Source: a virus
Direction: 5' to 3' (one strand)
DNA: 64,000 bases
Virus record (IMG/VR): IMGVR_UViG_3300005337_000003
Span: 32,001-96,000 of that record
Position numbers and translations under genes: made by a program. Positions 30,504-41,036 of the stretch are shown in pieces. Within the stretch, counting starts at the first letter, position 1; every line of letters starts with the position of its first letter. The notes beneath the pieces were generated by a model, which was not told the DNA's origin, did not search any database, and saw only the letters and a program-made list of their open reading frames with translations.

Positions 30504-30537
30504 ACTGCTAAACTACAAACTTTGAATTTTAAGAACC

Positions 30538-30569
30538 AAAAAATGGGCAAAAATAAATCGCCCATTTTT
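30538..30569 (-). terminator. Intrinsic terminator after MCP
   Basis: AAAAATGGGC/GCCCATTTTT inverted repeat. Confidence 0.75.
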
Positions 30570-30579
30570 CGTAAGTGCT

Positions 30580-32202
30580 TCAGAGTGAATTACCTGTGAC
30601 AGGATTACGCATAACCACCTTGAGTAATTTTGTAGCGTCGCGAACCCACAACATTGGGTACATCTGCTCCATAAAGCATGTCCAGCCGTTGGTACGGTCG
30701 CCCTGGAACCCGGAACGTTTACCGGTATAATCCATGCTGCCGTTCTTATACCACCACCTGAAGCCTGGATCCCACTTGAATTTCTTCAGGCGGATATTCT
30801 CCTTAGAGGTATCGATATCCTGGATGATGTAGCTGTATGAACTCAACGGATAACCATCCACGATCGGGTTCTCAATGGTGTTCATTTCCACCGGATCGAA
30901 TGCGGGGTTAATACGGAACCGTAGCACAGCGTAGTGTGGTATAATGATCTCCCGGAAGTAGTAACCAAAGCCCAGGTCCATGCCGGTACCTGACACAGTG
31001 TTAGTGCCGGACTTGTCAGCGTTGACGATCCAGCCCAGACCAGCCAATTCTTTAGAGATCAGGCTGTTCACCTGTTGTGAACCTGCAACACCTGTCCATA
31101 CCTCCAGGATCCTGGTAGGCATAGCGGGCTGTGTTGCTTCCTTGTTGGTGAAATATTTGTAGATCGCGGTGCGCAGCAGATCCAGGCTAAAATAACCACG
31201 GTTATAGATAAACTTGTAAGAGCTATCCAGCTGCTTCCACATACCTGTAGCCATGCGGGCATCGTCAGGGCCACTGCCTCTTACGGTACCGCCCTTACCC
31301 CATATACAATAGTTCTCAATGTCGAGAGCGATCTTGTTCATGTGAGCTGCCTCCATCTTGGTGAGAAATGTCATATTCAGAGTGCCATTCTCGCGGGCTT
31401 TCTTTACATAATCAGCACCCATGATAGTGGCCATGTCCTCAATACTTTTCACTGAAGGATCCACATTCTCCATATCGTTATGGCGCCAGATCTGTGTAAT
31501 ATTGATGCGGCCATCGCTGGTGATGCCATTGCGGGCAATCAAATCAGCCCGTGAACTTACACTGAACTCCACGTTAGCTGTTGCGGTAGGCAGTAAGTTG
31601 AAGAACTCGCGATATCCTGCCTGGATGGTAAGCTTTGAGAAATTCTGCTCGTATTCACCCTTGGCTGAACCGACACGGAAGTACTTGGTACCACCTGCCA
31701 GGTAGCGGTTGTCCAGGTATTGAACATCGTCGTTGTTGACCAACTGCACCCAATAAATGGCATTGTCGCCATTATTGATGATGTCGCGATCCGGCAGAAT
31801 ATAGAGCTCAAGGCCGGAATACTTGTCGTACGTAATGATATCGGTCTTGCCAAACTCAAGACGTGACAATTTGATCTGGAAGGGTTGACCATCAATGCCC
31901 TTAGTGGTGTTTGACGGATCAATGTCCTCCACAATAAATGGAAGATCGTACTGGGCTGGGATTTGCCAGGTGAATCTGCCGTCCAGGTTTTCTACATAAT
32001 CTGCATCGGTCATGTTGGCGCTGGCCATGGAGTACAGAGGGATATTTGCCTTCTGTTTCATCGCCCAGAGCTCTATCATGCCTATGTTGTCTGGCTGCTG
32101 GTCACCCAGCATGTGCCGGATGTGGTAAGAATCAATGTCGGACGTGGCCTTTACGCTTACGTCGCGCATGAATATGCCATTATTTAAAACGGGTGTGCTC
32201 AT
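30580..32202 (-). CDS. Major capsid protein, 540 aa
   Basis: Position terminase-portal-scaffold-MCP; crAss-like MCP motifs (LEIYILP-like segment, LKVVMRNPVTG end); strong leader and terminator. Confidence 0.85.
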   Translation of the reverse strand: MSTPVLNNGIFMRDVSVKATSDIDSYHIRHMLGDQQPDNIGMIELWAMKQKANIPLYSMASANMTDADYVENLDGRFTWQIPAQYDLPFIVEDIDPSNTTKGIDGQPFQIKLSRLEFGKTDIITYDKYSGLELYILPDRDIINNGDNAIYWVQLVNNDDVQYLDNRYLAGGTKYFRVGSAKGEYEQNFSKLTIQAGYREFFNLLPTATANVEFSVSSRADLIARNGITSDGRINITQIWRHNDMENVDPSVKSIEDMATIMGADYVKKARENGTLNMTFLTKMEAAHMNKIALDIENYCIWGKGGTVRGSGPDDARMATGMWKQLDSSYKFIYNRGYFSLDLLRTAIYKYFTNKEATQPAMPTRILEVWTGVAGSQQVNSLISKELAGLGWIVNADKSGTNTVSGTGMDLGFGYYFREIIIPHYAVLRFRINPAFDPVEMNTIENPIVDGYPLSSYSYIIQDIDTSKENIRLKKFKWDPGFRWWYKNGSMDYTGKRSGFQGDRTNGWTCFMEQMYPMLWVRDATKLLKVVMRNPVTGNSL

Positions 32203-32242
32203 GTTGTGTGTGTTGTGTGTTTTAGGTTAATTGTGTGTGATT

Positions 32243-33448
32243 TTATGTCTTTGAAAATATATTAAATGGCTTTTTTGGTATCTTGGGCGCCTTAGTCCGA
32301 CTGGCGACGTGTGTAGTCTCAGTCGTTACACTCTGCGTATTGCGGGCCTGTCCCTCACCTGTTTTCAAGGTACGGTGCACTACTTCTGTCTGAGCATTTT
32401 TGCCCAGCTCAATTTGCTTTTCTAGGAAAGTTTTGGGATCCCTTAAGTGCCACATTACCTGGGCCAGATGTTCCAGATTGGTTTTGATGCCTAGCTGGCT
32501 GACGATTTGACCTAGCTGCTCTATTGAGAGCATCAGGCCGTTGAATATAAGCCCCTGGGCGTTAGCGTCGATCTTGACGCCTCCCAGTTCTTTCTTGGCT
32601 ACAGTGTTATATACCTGCTCCTGGACTTTAGCCATCTGTGCCTCTTTTAGTTTGGCTTTCCGGGTCTGCTCCTCCAAAGCAGCATTCTTGGCAGCCTCCC
32701 GGCTCGCTTGTATTTTGGGAAGATAAAATGTGGCCTTATCTGCCAATTTGTTCATATCCTTGATGTCCTGGATCTCACTATCTATTTCCTCAGACGTCAT
32801 CTTTTGCACTTCAGACATGTACGCACGAACAACATTTTCCCGATCTTTATCAGTTTCAGTGCTGAATTTAGCCACCGCTTCTACTTTTGCCAGAAGCCCA
32901 AAAAAATTATCTGTTTCCTGTCCGCCGGTGGATACATACTGAACGGCATCCTGTAAAACCTGTGGGAGTGTCTCAACAAAAGAAGCTACAGCAACACCGT
33001 CCCGCTTCTCCATGTTAGCCACGATTAATTCAGCTAATTCCTTCTCGCTGTATTCGGGAAGCTTCTTATCCCCTTCAAACTCAAATAAAGTTCCATCATT
33101 TACCAGCAATTGAATCGCCTTAACAGAATTACGCTCAGATTTTGTCGCAGTGGCGCTTCCGGCAGGAGGAGCATGATCTTCGTCCTCATCTTCTACACCA
33201 AATTCGGGAATGTCTAAAATATCCGATACCTCTTCTTTTGTCGAGGCAGGTATGGCGGATGCCGGTGTGGCCGCCTGTCCTTCTTTTTTTGTTACATTTT
33301 CTGTAGAACTTTTAGCTGGTGTGGTGGTAGCTGGTGTAGTCTGACCAGTCGCAGCTGTTTCTTGAACTTCCTCAGCGCCTCCTAGACTTAGTAAGGCATC
33401 CAGGGCCTCCTGTGTCATCTGTTTTACCTCTGCTTGCTCTGTGCTCAT
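32243..33448 (-). CDS. Scaffold-like protein (crAss gene 77-like), 401 aa
   Basis: Acidic, low-complexity N-terminus, coiled coil, basic C-terminal tip; between portal and MCP. Confidence 0.65.
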   Translation of the reverse strand: MSTEQAEVKQMTQEALDALLSLGGAEEVQETAATGQTTPATTTPAKSSTENVTKKEGQAATPASAIPASTKEEVSDILDIPEFGVEDEDEDHAPPAGSATATKSERNSVKAIQLLVNDGTLFEFEGDKKLPEYSEKELAELIVANMEKRDGVAVASFVETLPQVLQDAVQYVSTGGQETDNFFGLLAKVEAVAKFSTETDKDRENVVRAYMSEVQKMTSEEIDSEIQDIKDMNKLADKATFYLPKIQASREAAKNAALEEQTRKAKLKEAQMAKVQEQVYNTVAKKELGGVKIDANAQGLIFNGLMLSIEQLGQIVSQLGIKTNLEHLAQVMWHLRDPKTFLEKQIELGKNAQTEVVHRTLKTGEGQARNTQSVTTETTHVASRTKAPKIPKKPFNIFSKT

Positions 33449-33474
33449 GTGTGGTTTTTGGTTGTTGGTTAATG

Positions 33475-33496
33475 CAAAATTAAACTAAAAAAGTTT
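33475..33496 (-). promoter_or_regulatory. Bacteroidota -7 element TAATTTTG directly after a variant palindrome AAAC-TTTTTTA-GTTT
   Basis: Shares the core ACTAAAAAAGT with the three exact operator copies. Confidence 0.5.
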
Positions 33497-33521
33497 TTTT
33501 GTATAAAAAATTATTAACAAT

Positions 33522-36323
33522 TTACTCCTTTTTCTTCTTTTTCTCCTTCTCGATCGCTTTTTTCTTAGCTTCCAGTTCAGAAGCGGTGGTGTTCTCCCTG
33601 GCTATATTTACATCCATTTCTTTCATTTGCAGTTTGGCAGCTATTTCCTCCCGACGCAGATTGGCCTGATCACGTGCCTGCTGTAATCGATTAGTCTCTT
33701 TCTGCCTATCTAAGCCCATAGCTTGGTTAAATTCGGTCTGGTCCTGGATGACCTTAAGGTTGTCTAGGTAATCGTTCTGGGCATTATCATTAAGGTCTAC
33801 TGCGCCGCTATAACCAGCAGCCCGGATCTCTGCTACTATAATATCTTTACGATTCTGACTCTCGATCCACCGGGTCTTCGCATCAAACTCTAACTGCTTC
33901 TCTTTTATCGCTGCCTCATTATTAGCCTTTTCAATCTCTAATTGTCTCTGATGTTGGGCTTCTACCTGTTCCTGCATGCGCTGTTTTATGCCATTCATCA
34001 CATTAGATAATTCCCCTATTGAAGTTGCAGACTCTACATCCACCAAATCAAATATCTCAAAATTAGAAGTGTTATCTGAGCGTATTCTCTGCAATACAGC
34101 GTCAACTACACCTCTGGAATATGAACTTGATTTAGGATAAACGTTGATTTGCCTGAGTTTTAATTCTGATCCATTTATCTGGAAATTTACTTTTTGTCCG
34201 TGGGTGGTTGTGTATTGCAGGCGAACTGAGGGCTTGCTGGAATTATAATGCATTGCCAGGTCCGTCCGCATACCATGTACTCTAGGCATGAGCCAGTCCG
34301 AATGCTGTACAAATATCATTTCAGTCTGGTTATATGAAGCGTTAAGGTTTTCCTCTACGCCTGTAGCTGTCTGGCGGCCTGTTTGCTGCCCCAATCGCTG
34401 AGGATTTAATCCTACCGTAGAAAAAGCCGAAGATAAAAAAAACGCAGCCAATTCCATGCGAGACTTTAGCCTTCCGGTTTGGGAAAGATCTACTGACTGA
34501 AGCTGCGAGTTTGAGGATGCTGCATCTTGTGTATGTTGAAGACGTTTATCAAGAGGCAACATCTGGTAATTACGCATGGTCGCGTAGGCTTTCGAATAAT
34601 TATGCTTTCCCCAGTCATCACCCAAAGATTCAGTAGGCAACAGGTTTGGGTCAAACGCTACTACAGTCCCCAACTCATCCATAAGAATATCGGAAATCTG
34701 GTTGTTGACAACATTGAAATTTATCTGGTAGGGCTCCATCAACTGTACCGGAGGTACAATCCGACCGTTGTAGTCGGAAAAAGTAGCTCCTTCAATAGGA
34801 AGACGAGCGCCGTATAAGGTACTGTCCTGATTAAATTGGTACCTGACAGGGCCAATCTTATTTTGATTAACCCCCAGATATATCGGATTGAAGCCAGTAA
34901 CACCTGCTGGATTAACTGAAGACATGTTATTCCATGTAGGGATATTAGGTCCTATCTTGATAAATCCATATACCTGCGGAATCCAAGTCCAGTCAATATG
35001 TTCACCGAATATCAATGTATCGGGATTCTCAACTGATATAAAAGTTTTGTTATACACTGGCTTATTGGTTATCACGTAACTCTCATCAACAATATCTATT
35101 ACCTGCTCCCCATTTTCCAAGATAGCTGTAAGCTTCCCTACCTTGCGCTGACTTTTCCAATACCCGGTAGTTACTCGGGCCATATAATTGGCTGGATCCT
35201 GAGTAGTATTGACCTGGTTTAATACTTTGTTGACAATACCGCCATCCATAATGTCCACCCCGGCAATACTTCGCTTCATATCCATGGAATAACGATCATT
35301 TTCCTGTATGGTTTTAGATGTGTCGTACAGGGCGTCTTTGTCATAACCAGTTAAAGCATATCGGGTATTAGTGGTAGGATATATGGTCTCCATGCTCTTC
35401 TGCTGGTCTTCGTTCATCAACCACCCGAAATTATCTATAACATCAGGTACAGTTAAGAGAGAAACATTGATAGCTGCATACCCCTCGGAGTAATAATGCT
35501 TATCAGGAGACTTAAATATAGCAGTAAGTACAGGATTCCAGGATTCTACCACATAGTCATCTTCCAACATCCGAAAATGCCAGCACTCTTTATCGAGCTC
35601 AACAGAATATCTAAAATTACGGATCTCCTGCTCCTCCATATTAAAACGATCGATATCTACCTGTGTCTGGTGATCAGCCCACTGTTCAATATTGGAACGG
35701 TAACTTGATTTGAACCAGGTTTGGATCTCGGGCAAAGATTTAGCCTGCTGCATTTGCTCCTGGTAGGCTTGCTGCCCTTCCGGGGAATCTATTGATATAC
35801 CCATATCGGCCAGCTGGGCGTTAACCTTGGCTTCTGCCTCTGAGAGCAACACCTGGAGAACCTCATCACTCTTCATTTGCAGCAATTCATCATTGCTCCG
35901 CTCATCAGTTCCCTGGAACATGAATTCACTACGGCGCTGGGCAAACTCTGCCACAATAGAATTAACAAAAATGGGTGTGATCGGAAAAAACCTTAAAGAA
36001 TCGTATCTTAAATCTTCGTCCGGCTGCATTAATATTTCCAATACATCCTGGTTTTGTGGATTGGTCGTAGGCATATAATCTGCCTTATCGATAACTCCTT
36101 TGGAAAGATTTATATTCTTTAATGCTCTCGGGGCAGTGATAAATATCTGCCTAAGTCCTTGCCATTCCCAATAATCAGCATTATTCTTAGCCCAATCGTC
36201 ATCTTTTTCCTCACGGGGCAGAAATTGGAGGGGGGCTATAAAACTGCCTGTCTGGGTCCTGCCCCCTTTTAATTTTTTGCCCTGGGCTATCTCCGTGGAG
36301 GAGATTACAAGATTACCATCCAT
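33522..36323 (-). CDS. Portal protein, 933 aa
   Basis: Directly downstream of TerL; crAss-like portal features (EKDDDWAK, YWKSQRKVG, long C-terminal coiled coil). Confidence 0.85.
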   Translation of the reverse strand: MDGNLVISSTEIAQGKKLKGGRTQTGSFIAPLQFLPREEKDDDWAKNNADYWEWQGLRQIFITAPRALKNINLSKGVIDKADYMPTTNPQNQDVLEILMQPDEDLRYDSLRFFPITPIFVNSIVAEFAQRRSEFMFQGTDERSNDELLQMKSDEVLQVLLSEAEAKVNAQLADMGISIDSPEGQQAYQEQMQQAKSLPEIQTWFKSSYRSNIEQWADHQTQVDIDRFNMEEQEIRNFRYSVELDKECWHFRMLEDDYVVESWNPVLTAIFKSPDKHYYSEGYAAINVSLLTVPDVIDNFGWLMNEDQQKSMETIYPTTNTRYALTGYDKDALYDTSKTIQENDRYSMDMKRSIAGVDIMDGGIVNKVLNQVNTTQDPANYMARVTTGYWKSQRKVGKLTAILENGEQVIDIVDESYVITNKPVYNKTFISVENPDTLIFGEHIDWTWIPQVYGFIKIGPNIPTWNNMSSVNPAGVTGFNPIYLGVNQNKIGPVRYQFNQDSTLYGARLPIEGATFSDYNGRIVPPVQLMEPYQINFNVVNNQISDILMDELGTVVAFDPNLLPTESLGDDWGKHNYSKAYATMRNYQMLPLDKRLQHTQDAASSNSQLQSVDLSQTGRLKSRMELAAFFLSSAFSTVGLNPQRLGQQTGRQTATGVEENLNASYNQTEMIFVQHSDWLMPRVHGMRTDLAMHYNSSKPSVRLQYTTTHGQKVNFQINGSELKLRQINVYPKSSSYSRGVVDAVLQRIRSDNTSNFEIFDLVDVESATSIGELSNVMNGIKQRMQEQVEAQHQRQLEIEKANNEAAIKEKQLEFDAKTRWIESQNRKDIIVAEIRAAGYSGAVDLNDNAQNDYLDNLKVIQDQTEFNQAMGLDRQKETNRLQQARDQANLRREEIAAKLQMKEMDVNIARENTTASELEAKKKAIEKEKKKKKE

Positions 36324-36347
36324 TGTGTTGTGTGTTATACAAAAATA
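36324..36347 (-). promoter_or_regulatory. Late promoter/leader module TATTTTTG-TATAACACACAACACA-ATG
   Basis: 20 nt (36328-36347) identical to 23975-23994; a similar module at 47981-48014; TATTTTTG fits the TAnnTTTG -7 consensus. Confidence 0.65.
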
Positions 36348-36352
36348 AGTAA

Positions 36353-38566
36353 TTATTTCAGATTCCGGAAGGGTTGTCTCTGTATAGCTCCATCCTCATG
36401 GCTTCTCTGCTTAAAAAACTGCTTGGTAACTACAGGTGGGGGGGCCTTCGTTTTAGGGTTAGTATATATTTTCCTTTTGTTGTAACCATAATTAGCCAGG
36501 TAAATCTTCACATAAGCTACCAAAGCACAATAAGCTATAAGTCGGTCACAGTTGATACCTGGCACATAAGCTTCCGCCTCCTTCATGATCATTATGGATG
36601 GTATCCGGTTTATTCCCCTAAGTACCACCACGTCCACACCTCCCTTATTAACAGTGTGTAGTTCTTCCTTCATGAAGCTGGTGCCATAGTTAATAAGGTG
36701 ATTATCAAACATGCGGTTGGAATTATACCAACCGTAGTCCTGATAAGCATTAGAATTCGCCCCGATCTCAGCCAGAAATAGGATCTGCTTCTTAGGTATA
36801 AGGTATTGCTGGCGGCGTTTACCAATCATATAAGTAATAAACTCTCCAACGTTATTTTCTACAACTGCTTTGGCCCCATACATCTCAAGTATCAACGACG
36901 CCTGCTCAAAAGTCTCGTTAGGATCATCAAATCGGCCCGTCCACTCCAATGCTAGTTTACCAGGATGCACACTGCACTCGGCTGCCTCATCCCCCAGTTT
37001 CCAGACCTCCTCATCCATCCTGTAAACAAGAATACAGAATAATGATTCAGAATGTACGGTCTTGCCTGTCTTTACCGGGTCAATAGAAGCCACATAGGTT
37101 TTTCCGAACTCAAATCCCTCAACTGGCCTTTCATATACTTCCAGGCATCCTTCCTTATCCGGTGCTGTTTTTGATATCGGGTAATCCCTTATAGGCTTTT
37201 TAGCTGCTGTTTCAAACCTGGGCTTACCATCCTCCCCTCTTACAATTTTTAAATACTCAACAGGGAACTCACCATCCTCTATGCGTTGCTTCTGTTTTGC
37301 AATTAACTTCAACGGCCATAAGGATTCCTGGCGATAAGCGAAAGCTTCCCGGATAGAGAGTGGTCGCTGGGAGATATACATCTGGTAATTCTCCGGATCC
37401 CGAAGCTCGGCCAGTTTTCGCCATTTATAAATCTCAGCAAGGGCTTTCTCTTTATTTGAATTACCCCACTCATCATAACACTTAAGTGCTTCTCCCAGTG
37501 TATTGCCTTGTTCATCCTCCTCTACGGAGGTATAATTCCACCATTCCGGAACGAAAAATCCAACCTCAGCGCCAAACTCTGCGTCATCCGGTATATTATT
37601 CTCACAGGGTAGAAACCCGTAAACCGTTGGCTTGGTTACGAACTTCTTGAGTGGGGCAGCTGCAGTCAATTCCCCTACTGCCCCAGATACCATAACCAAA
37701 CCTGTAATCAATCCTCCCATGGCAACGTTGGAAGATATGAACTCCATCGATTTATCTAAGGTGTCATTGGCGCCGGCCTCTTCCGCGTAGATAATAGATG
37801 CATTTCCTCCAATGCCGTTTGTTGGGTCCCTGTGAGTGGTGAATCCTGCGATTATAGAATCATTGCCTTTATATGTGCCGTCGAGCTGTTTTAACCTTTG
37901 TTGCCAGTATATACCTTCTCCGGGATCAAAAGGTCTCCTAAACGCGCAGTGGTTATTAATGTGATTCCTATAACCTTCCATGAATACCCACGCATCTGTG
38001 ACTTTAGATAAATCCTTAGCGAATATTTTACAAACTGCATTGTCTGAAAACCACGCGCGGCACAGAATTATGGCAATGTTTTTAAGCGTATACCCAGATT
38101 GCCGCTTTTTAATCACTGCACTGTACTTACGCTCTATGATGCAGCGGTATATGTATAAAAAATAATGCAGATCTCCGTCCCATATATCTGCAAAATCTGG
38201 TCTGTTTTTTACCTTGTCGGGTATTGGGCAGTAATTGAGGTAAAAATAATAAACACCGGGAACGGCATATTCCAAACCCTCAGACGGCTTTTTATAAATT
38301 ATAAATCCAGAAAAATTACATTTTTCCTTTTCGAAATCCCAGTGTTTTCTGTAGTCCTTAGAGACCGTGCTATATACCGGGTAGGCTTTGGTATTTCTAT
38401 AAATATTAGCTTGCTCATTCCATACTCCTTCTGTATGTTTGAGGTTGTATTCCCCTGGGTATTTATATTTAGTCTTAATGAAGACAAACACATCTTTTCG
38501 AGTCTCGAAATCCGTGTATGACCACTCATTAGTATCTAGATCCAGTGTGGGGGCTCTTAGAAACAT
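36353..38566 (-). CDS. terL: Terminase large subunit, 737 aa
   Basis: Walker A-like VIKKRQSGYT, Walker B IIYAEEAG, nuclease VASIDP and terminal NCDRL. Confidence 0.9.
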   Translation of the reverse strand: MFLRAPTLDLDTNEWSYTDFETRKDVFVFIKTKYKYPGEYNLKHTEGVWNEQANIYRNTKAYPVYSTVSKDYRKHWDFEKEKCNFSGFIIYKKPSEGLEYAVPGVYYFYLNYCPIPDKVKNRPDFADIWDGDLHYFLYIYRCIIERKYSAVIKKRQSGYTLKNIAIILCRAWFSDNAVCKIFAKDLSKVTDAWVFMEGYRNHINNHCAFRRPFDPGEGIYWQQRLKQLDGTYKGNDSIIAGFTTHRDPTNGIGGNASIIYAEEAGANDTLDKSMEFISSNVAMGGLITGLVMVSGAVGELTAAAPLKKFVTKPTVYGFLPCENNIPDDAEFGAEVGFFVPEWWNYTSVEEDEQGNTLGEALKCYDEWGNSNKEKALAEIYKWRKLAELRDPENYQMYISQRPLSIREAFAYRQESLWPLKLIAKQKQRIEDGEFPVEYLKIVRGEDGKPRFETAAKKPIRDYPISKTAPDKEGCLEVYERPVEGFEFGKTYVASIDPVKTGKTVHSESLFCILVYRMDEEVWKLGDEAAECSVHPGKLALEWTGRFDDPNETFEQASLILEMYGAKAVVENNVGEFITYMIGKRRQQYLIPKKQILFLAEIGANSNAYQDYGWYNSNRMFDNHLINYGTSFMKEELHTVNKGGVDVVVLRGINRIPSIMIMKEAEAYVPGINCDRLIAYCALVAYVKIYLANYGYNKRKIYTNPKTKAPPPVVTKQFFKQRSHEDGAIQRQPFRNLK

Positions 38567-38589
38567 TTAGTGTGTTGTGTGTCTAAATT

Positions 38590-39108
38590 TTATTGGTCGT
38601 AGCCTGGCTGAAAACTTCCCCTATTTTTATTAGCCTTCATTTCTTCCAGTTCCTTCTCCACTTCCTTCTCTAATTTTCTAAACTCGGCTATCGTGGTGCC
38701 TGCTGATTTTATCTGAGCCTGGAGAGCTGACAAGTTCCCATCCCTTCCGTCAGTGATAGCCGCAGTGCCCGCATAATTTCCCACTTTCTCCAATAGCTTC
38801 TTGGTGGCCTTATAGTATCTCTGAACCGGCGTGATCTTCTCCTCGAACCACTCGCAGGCGTTTACCATAGCGGTATCCTCTAAAGTGTATTCCCCGGGAA
38901 AATCTTTAAGCACCCTATTCTGGATCTCATCCTCCGGATAATCGGCATACGGCCCCTGTATATCGTAGTAATATCTCAGGTACTGCAGGGCAGGTATCGG
39001 GTCCGTGTAAGCTTCCTTGACAGCCCGGAGTACCGGTATGCTTAATACGTGCACATTGATGGCAACTTTGCCATCAACTACTTCAAATAGCTCTCGAAAG
39101 TCGAACAT
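38590..39108 (-). CDS. Conserved protein upstream of TerL (small-terminase candidate), 172 aa
   Basis: Helical protein with C-terminal coiled coil; role inferred from position only. Confidence 0.55.
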   Translation of the reverse strand: MFDFRELFEVVDGKVAINVHVLSIPVLRAVKEAYTDPIPALQYLRYYYDIQGPYADYPEDEIQNRVLKDFPGEYTLEDTAMVNACEWFEEKITPVQRYYKATKKLLEKVGNYAGTAAITDGRDGNLSALQAQIKSAGTTIAEFRKLEKEVEKELEEMKANKNRGSFQPGYDQ

Positions 39109-39919
39109 GGTTATTTTCTTTAATGTAGCTAATTCCTATTTCTACTTCTCTTTTCATGTAAGGCACATGGACATCTTCTATGTCCTTGATAATTGGCTCT
39201 CCGTTTTCGTCATATCTTACCAATGGGTAACCGTATTTATCCAAGCCCTCTAATTCAAAGGTAACATATTCTATTGTTAATTCCTCTACTGTGATCTGGG
39301 GATTGTGCCTGGAGATCATGTAGGCGCCTAAACTCAGCTGTAAGGCATAATCGGTAAGGTGAGTATCGTCCAAGTGCCTTAGCGGAGGATTCAGTTTTTT
39401 GGTCTCACCCTTCCAGTTCACATAAGCTGGCTCTTTTAAATTCTTGTTGGTTTTATAGTCCCGCATGTACAGCTTGGAATCTTTTATAATGGGCTTATCG
39501 AATTGTCCGCAAGTACCGGCGGAGGCAATATATGTCAAATGCTCTGGGTAGACACCATCCTGTAATTTCTGATTAGGGGCGATCTTTACACCATTATCCC
39601 AAATAGGAGAAATCACAGGCAATTCTACACCCTTAAATGTGTACGTTGGGGAAGATAGCAGTAGCCTTTCCTGTTTGTCGTGATACCAGTTGCCTAGTTT
39701 TATGGATCTTGCATTCTCTTCCTTCCATATACGTTGTATTTCTTCAGGTGGAATTCCGTACCATTTGGATTTTTTAGATTTAGTAGAACTTAGCGATGTT
39801 TCTACCGGGTCAAATTTATCTTTGAATAGGCTACAGAATTTAGAAGCTGATAACCATTGAATGGTGGAGGCTGTATCGATATTCTCGTAATAATGCTTGT
39901 CTGGATAAAACCTTATCAT
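39083..39919 (-). CDS. PD-(D/E)xK exonuclease (Cas4/RecB-like), 278 aa
   Basis: GTCGQFD...MRDYKTNK...YALQLSLGAY motifs. Confidence 0.85.
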   Translation of the reverse strand: MIRFYPDKHYYENIDTASTIQWLSASKFCSLFKDKFDPVETSLSSTKSKKSKWYGIPPEEIQRIWKEENARSIKLGNWYHDKQERLLLSSPTYTFKGVELPVISPIWDNGVKIAPNQKLQDGVYPEHLTYIASAGTCGQFDKPIIKDSKLYMRDYKTNKNLKEPAYVNWKGETKKLNPPLRHLDDTHLTDYALQLSLGAYMISRHNPQITVEELTIEYVTFELEGLDKYGYPLVRYDENGEPIIKDIEDVHVPYMKREVEIGISYIKENNHVRLSRAI

Positions 39920-40290
39920 GTGTCGCGGTAATTGGCTTTTTGTTTTAGTTTTTGTTCCTGCTCATAATCCATAATTTCATCCCATAAGAAGTGACGTCCT
40001 TCTTCTTTCTTAAGAGAGCAGCTGCATGATAAGCAATGCGTCATGTATTTTATATTACAACCGCAGAAGCCACACGCAGGCTTTCCTTTTAACTCTACAA
40101 TATCCGCTGATCCGAATTTGTCGTAAAACCCGCAAACGTTACCCTCGCATATCTTGCGGCGCTCTGCTGCTATTCTTTTTATGTGCTGTTTGGGGAAAGT
40201 GCTATTCCACCACCCCTCCAGTATTTTCCACTTGCTTCTCCAGATTAGTCTGTAATTTATCGCCATACATTTTAATATTTCTATCTTCAA
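39916..40290 (-). CDS. Zinc-binding protein, up to 124 aa (start uncertain)
   Basis: CEGNVC...CGFCGC...CLSCSC. Confidence 0.65.
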   Translation of the reverse strand: MKIEILKCMAINYRLIWRSKWKILEGWWNSTFPKQHIKRIAAERRKICEGNVCGFYDKFGSADIVELKGKPACGFCGCNIKYMTHCLSCSCSLKKEEGRHFLWDEIMDYEQEQKLKQKANYRDT

Positions 40291-40615
40291 AATATTTCTT
40301 TACTTCGGGTTCAAACCCCTTCATAATCTCCGCCCGTCTTTCCAATTCTAATCGTATCATCAGACTTCGTTCGTCAGTAAATTGACTGAATTTAGCTATC
40401 AGCTTATTGATTACTTTTTGCCTGGTGAAAAATTTAATAGGCCTAAGTCTGATTATGCCAAGCCCGTGCACTCTAAACTGTATTGCCTGATAATTCACCA
40501 TGTCAGCCTTCAATTTACCATAATAATACTCAATTACATCCTGGATGTATTCCTCAGGCAAGTTCAGCTTGTCGGCTGTTTTTCTGAACAGCTCTTTCGG
40601 GTCCGTTGGATTCAA
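40202..40615 (-). CDS. Second IHF/HU-like protein, 137 aa
   Basis: TADKLNLPEEYIQDVIEYYY...FRVHGLGIIRLRP fits the HU fold pattern. Confidence 0.65.
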   Translation of the reverse strand: MNPTDPKELFRKTADKLNLPEEYIQDVIEYYYGKLKADMVNYQAIQFRVHGLGIIRLRPIKFFTRQKVINKLIAKFSQFTDERSLMIRLELERRAEIMKGFEPEVKKYFEDRNIKMYGDKLQTNLEKQVENTGGVVE

Positions 40616-41036
40616 TGTGCATCAATGTTATGTTAACTACTATATTCCCCTTGGTCAAAATGTTGGCTCCTGGATCCAGGTATATAATCTTCTTACCTAT
40701 TCCCTCCTTCTTAAGTATGGGAACTCTTTGGAGTTTATTGAGGGCAGTCTGTACCGATTGGGGAGAACTCAGTATACCCCGCTTAGCTGCCTCCTCACAG
40801 AAAAATGTAACACGGCACTCCCCAAGCTCTCCTAGTAGGGATAAAAGCATCAACTCCGTATAATTCAGTATGATATTTTTTATAAAGCAATATTGCATAA
40901 TCTGATAACGTATGATTTCAGATCTGCTGCATTTGACACGCTTATTGACGGAGGTGGCGCCTCCCACCACCTGGCTATGCTGTTCCACTCTTAGTTTCCT
41001 CCTTTCCTTCCTTCGTGCTTTGTTCCTTCTGGGCAT
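40554..41036 (-). CDS. Winged-helix DNA-binding protein (start uncertain, probably a downstream GTG)
   Basis: LNYTELMLLSLL...SPQSVQTALNKLQRVPILKKEG resembles a wHTH. Confidence 0.5.
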   Translation of the reverse strand: MPRRNKARRKERRKLRVEQHSQVVGGATSVNKRVKCSRSEIIRYQIMQYCFIKNIILNYTELMLLSLLGELGECRVTFFCEEAAKRGILSSPQSVQTALNKLQRVPILKKEGIGKKIIYLDPGANILTKGNIVVNITLMHIESNGPERAVQKNSRQAELA

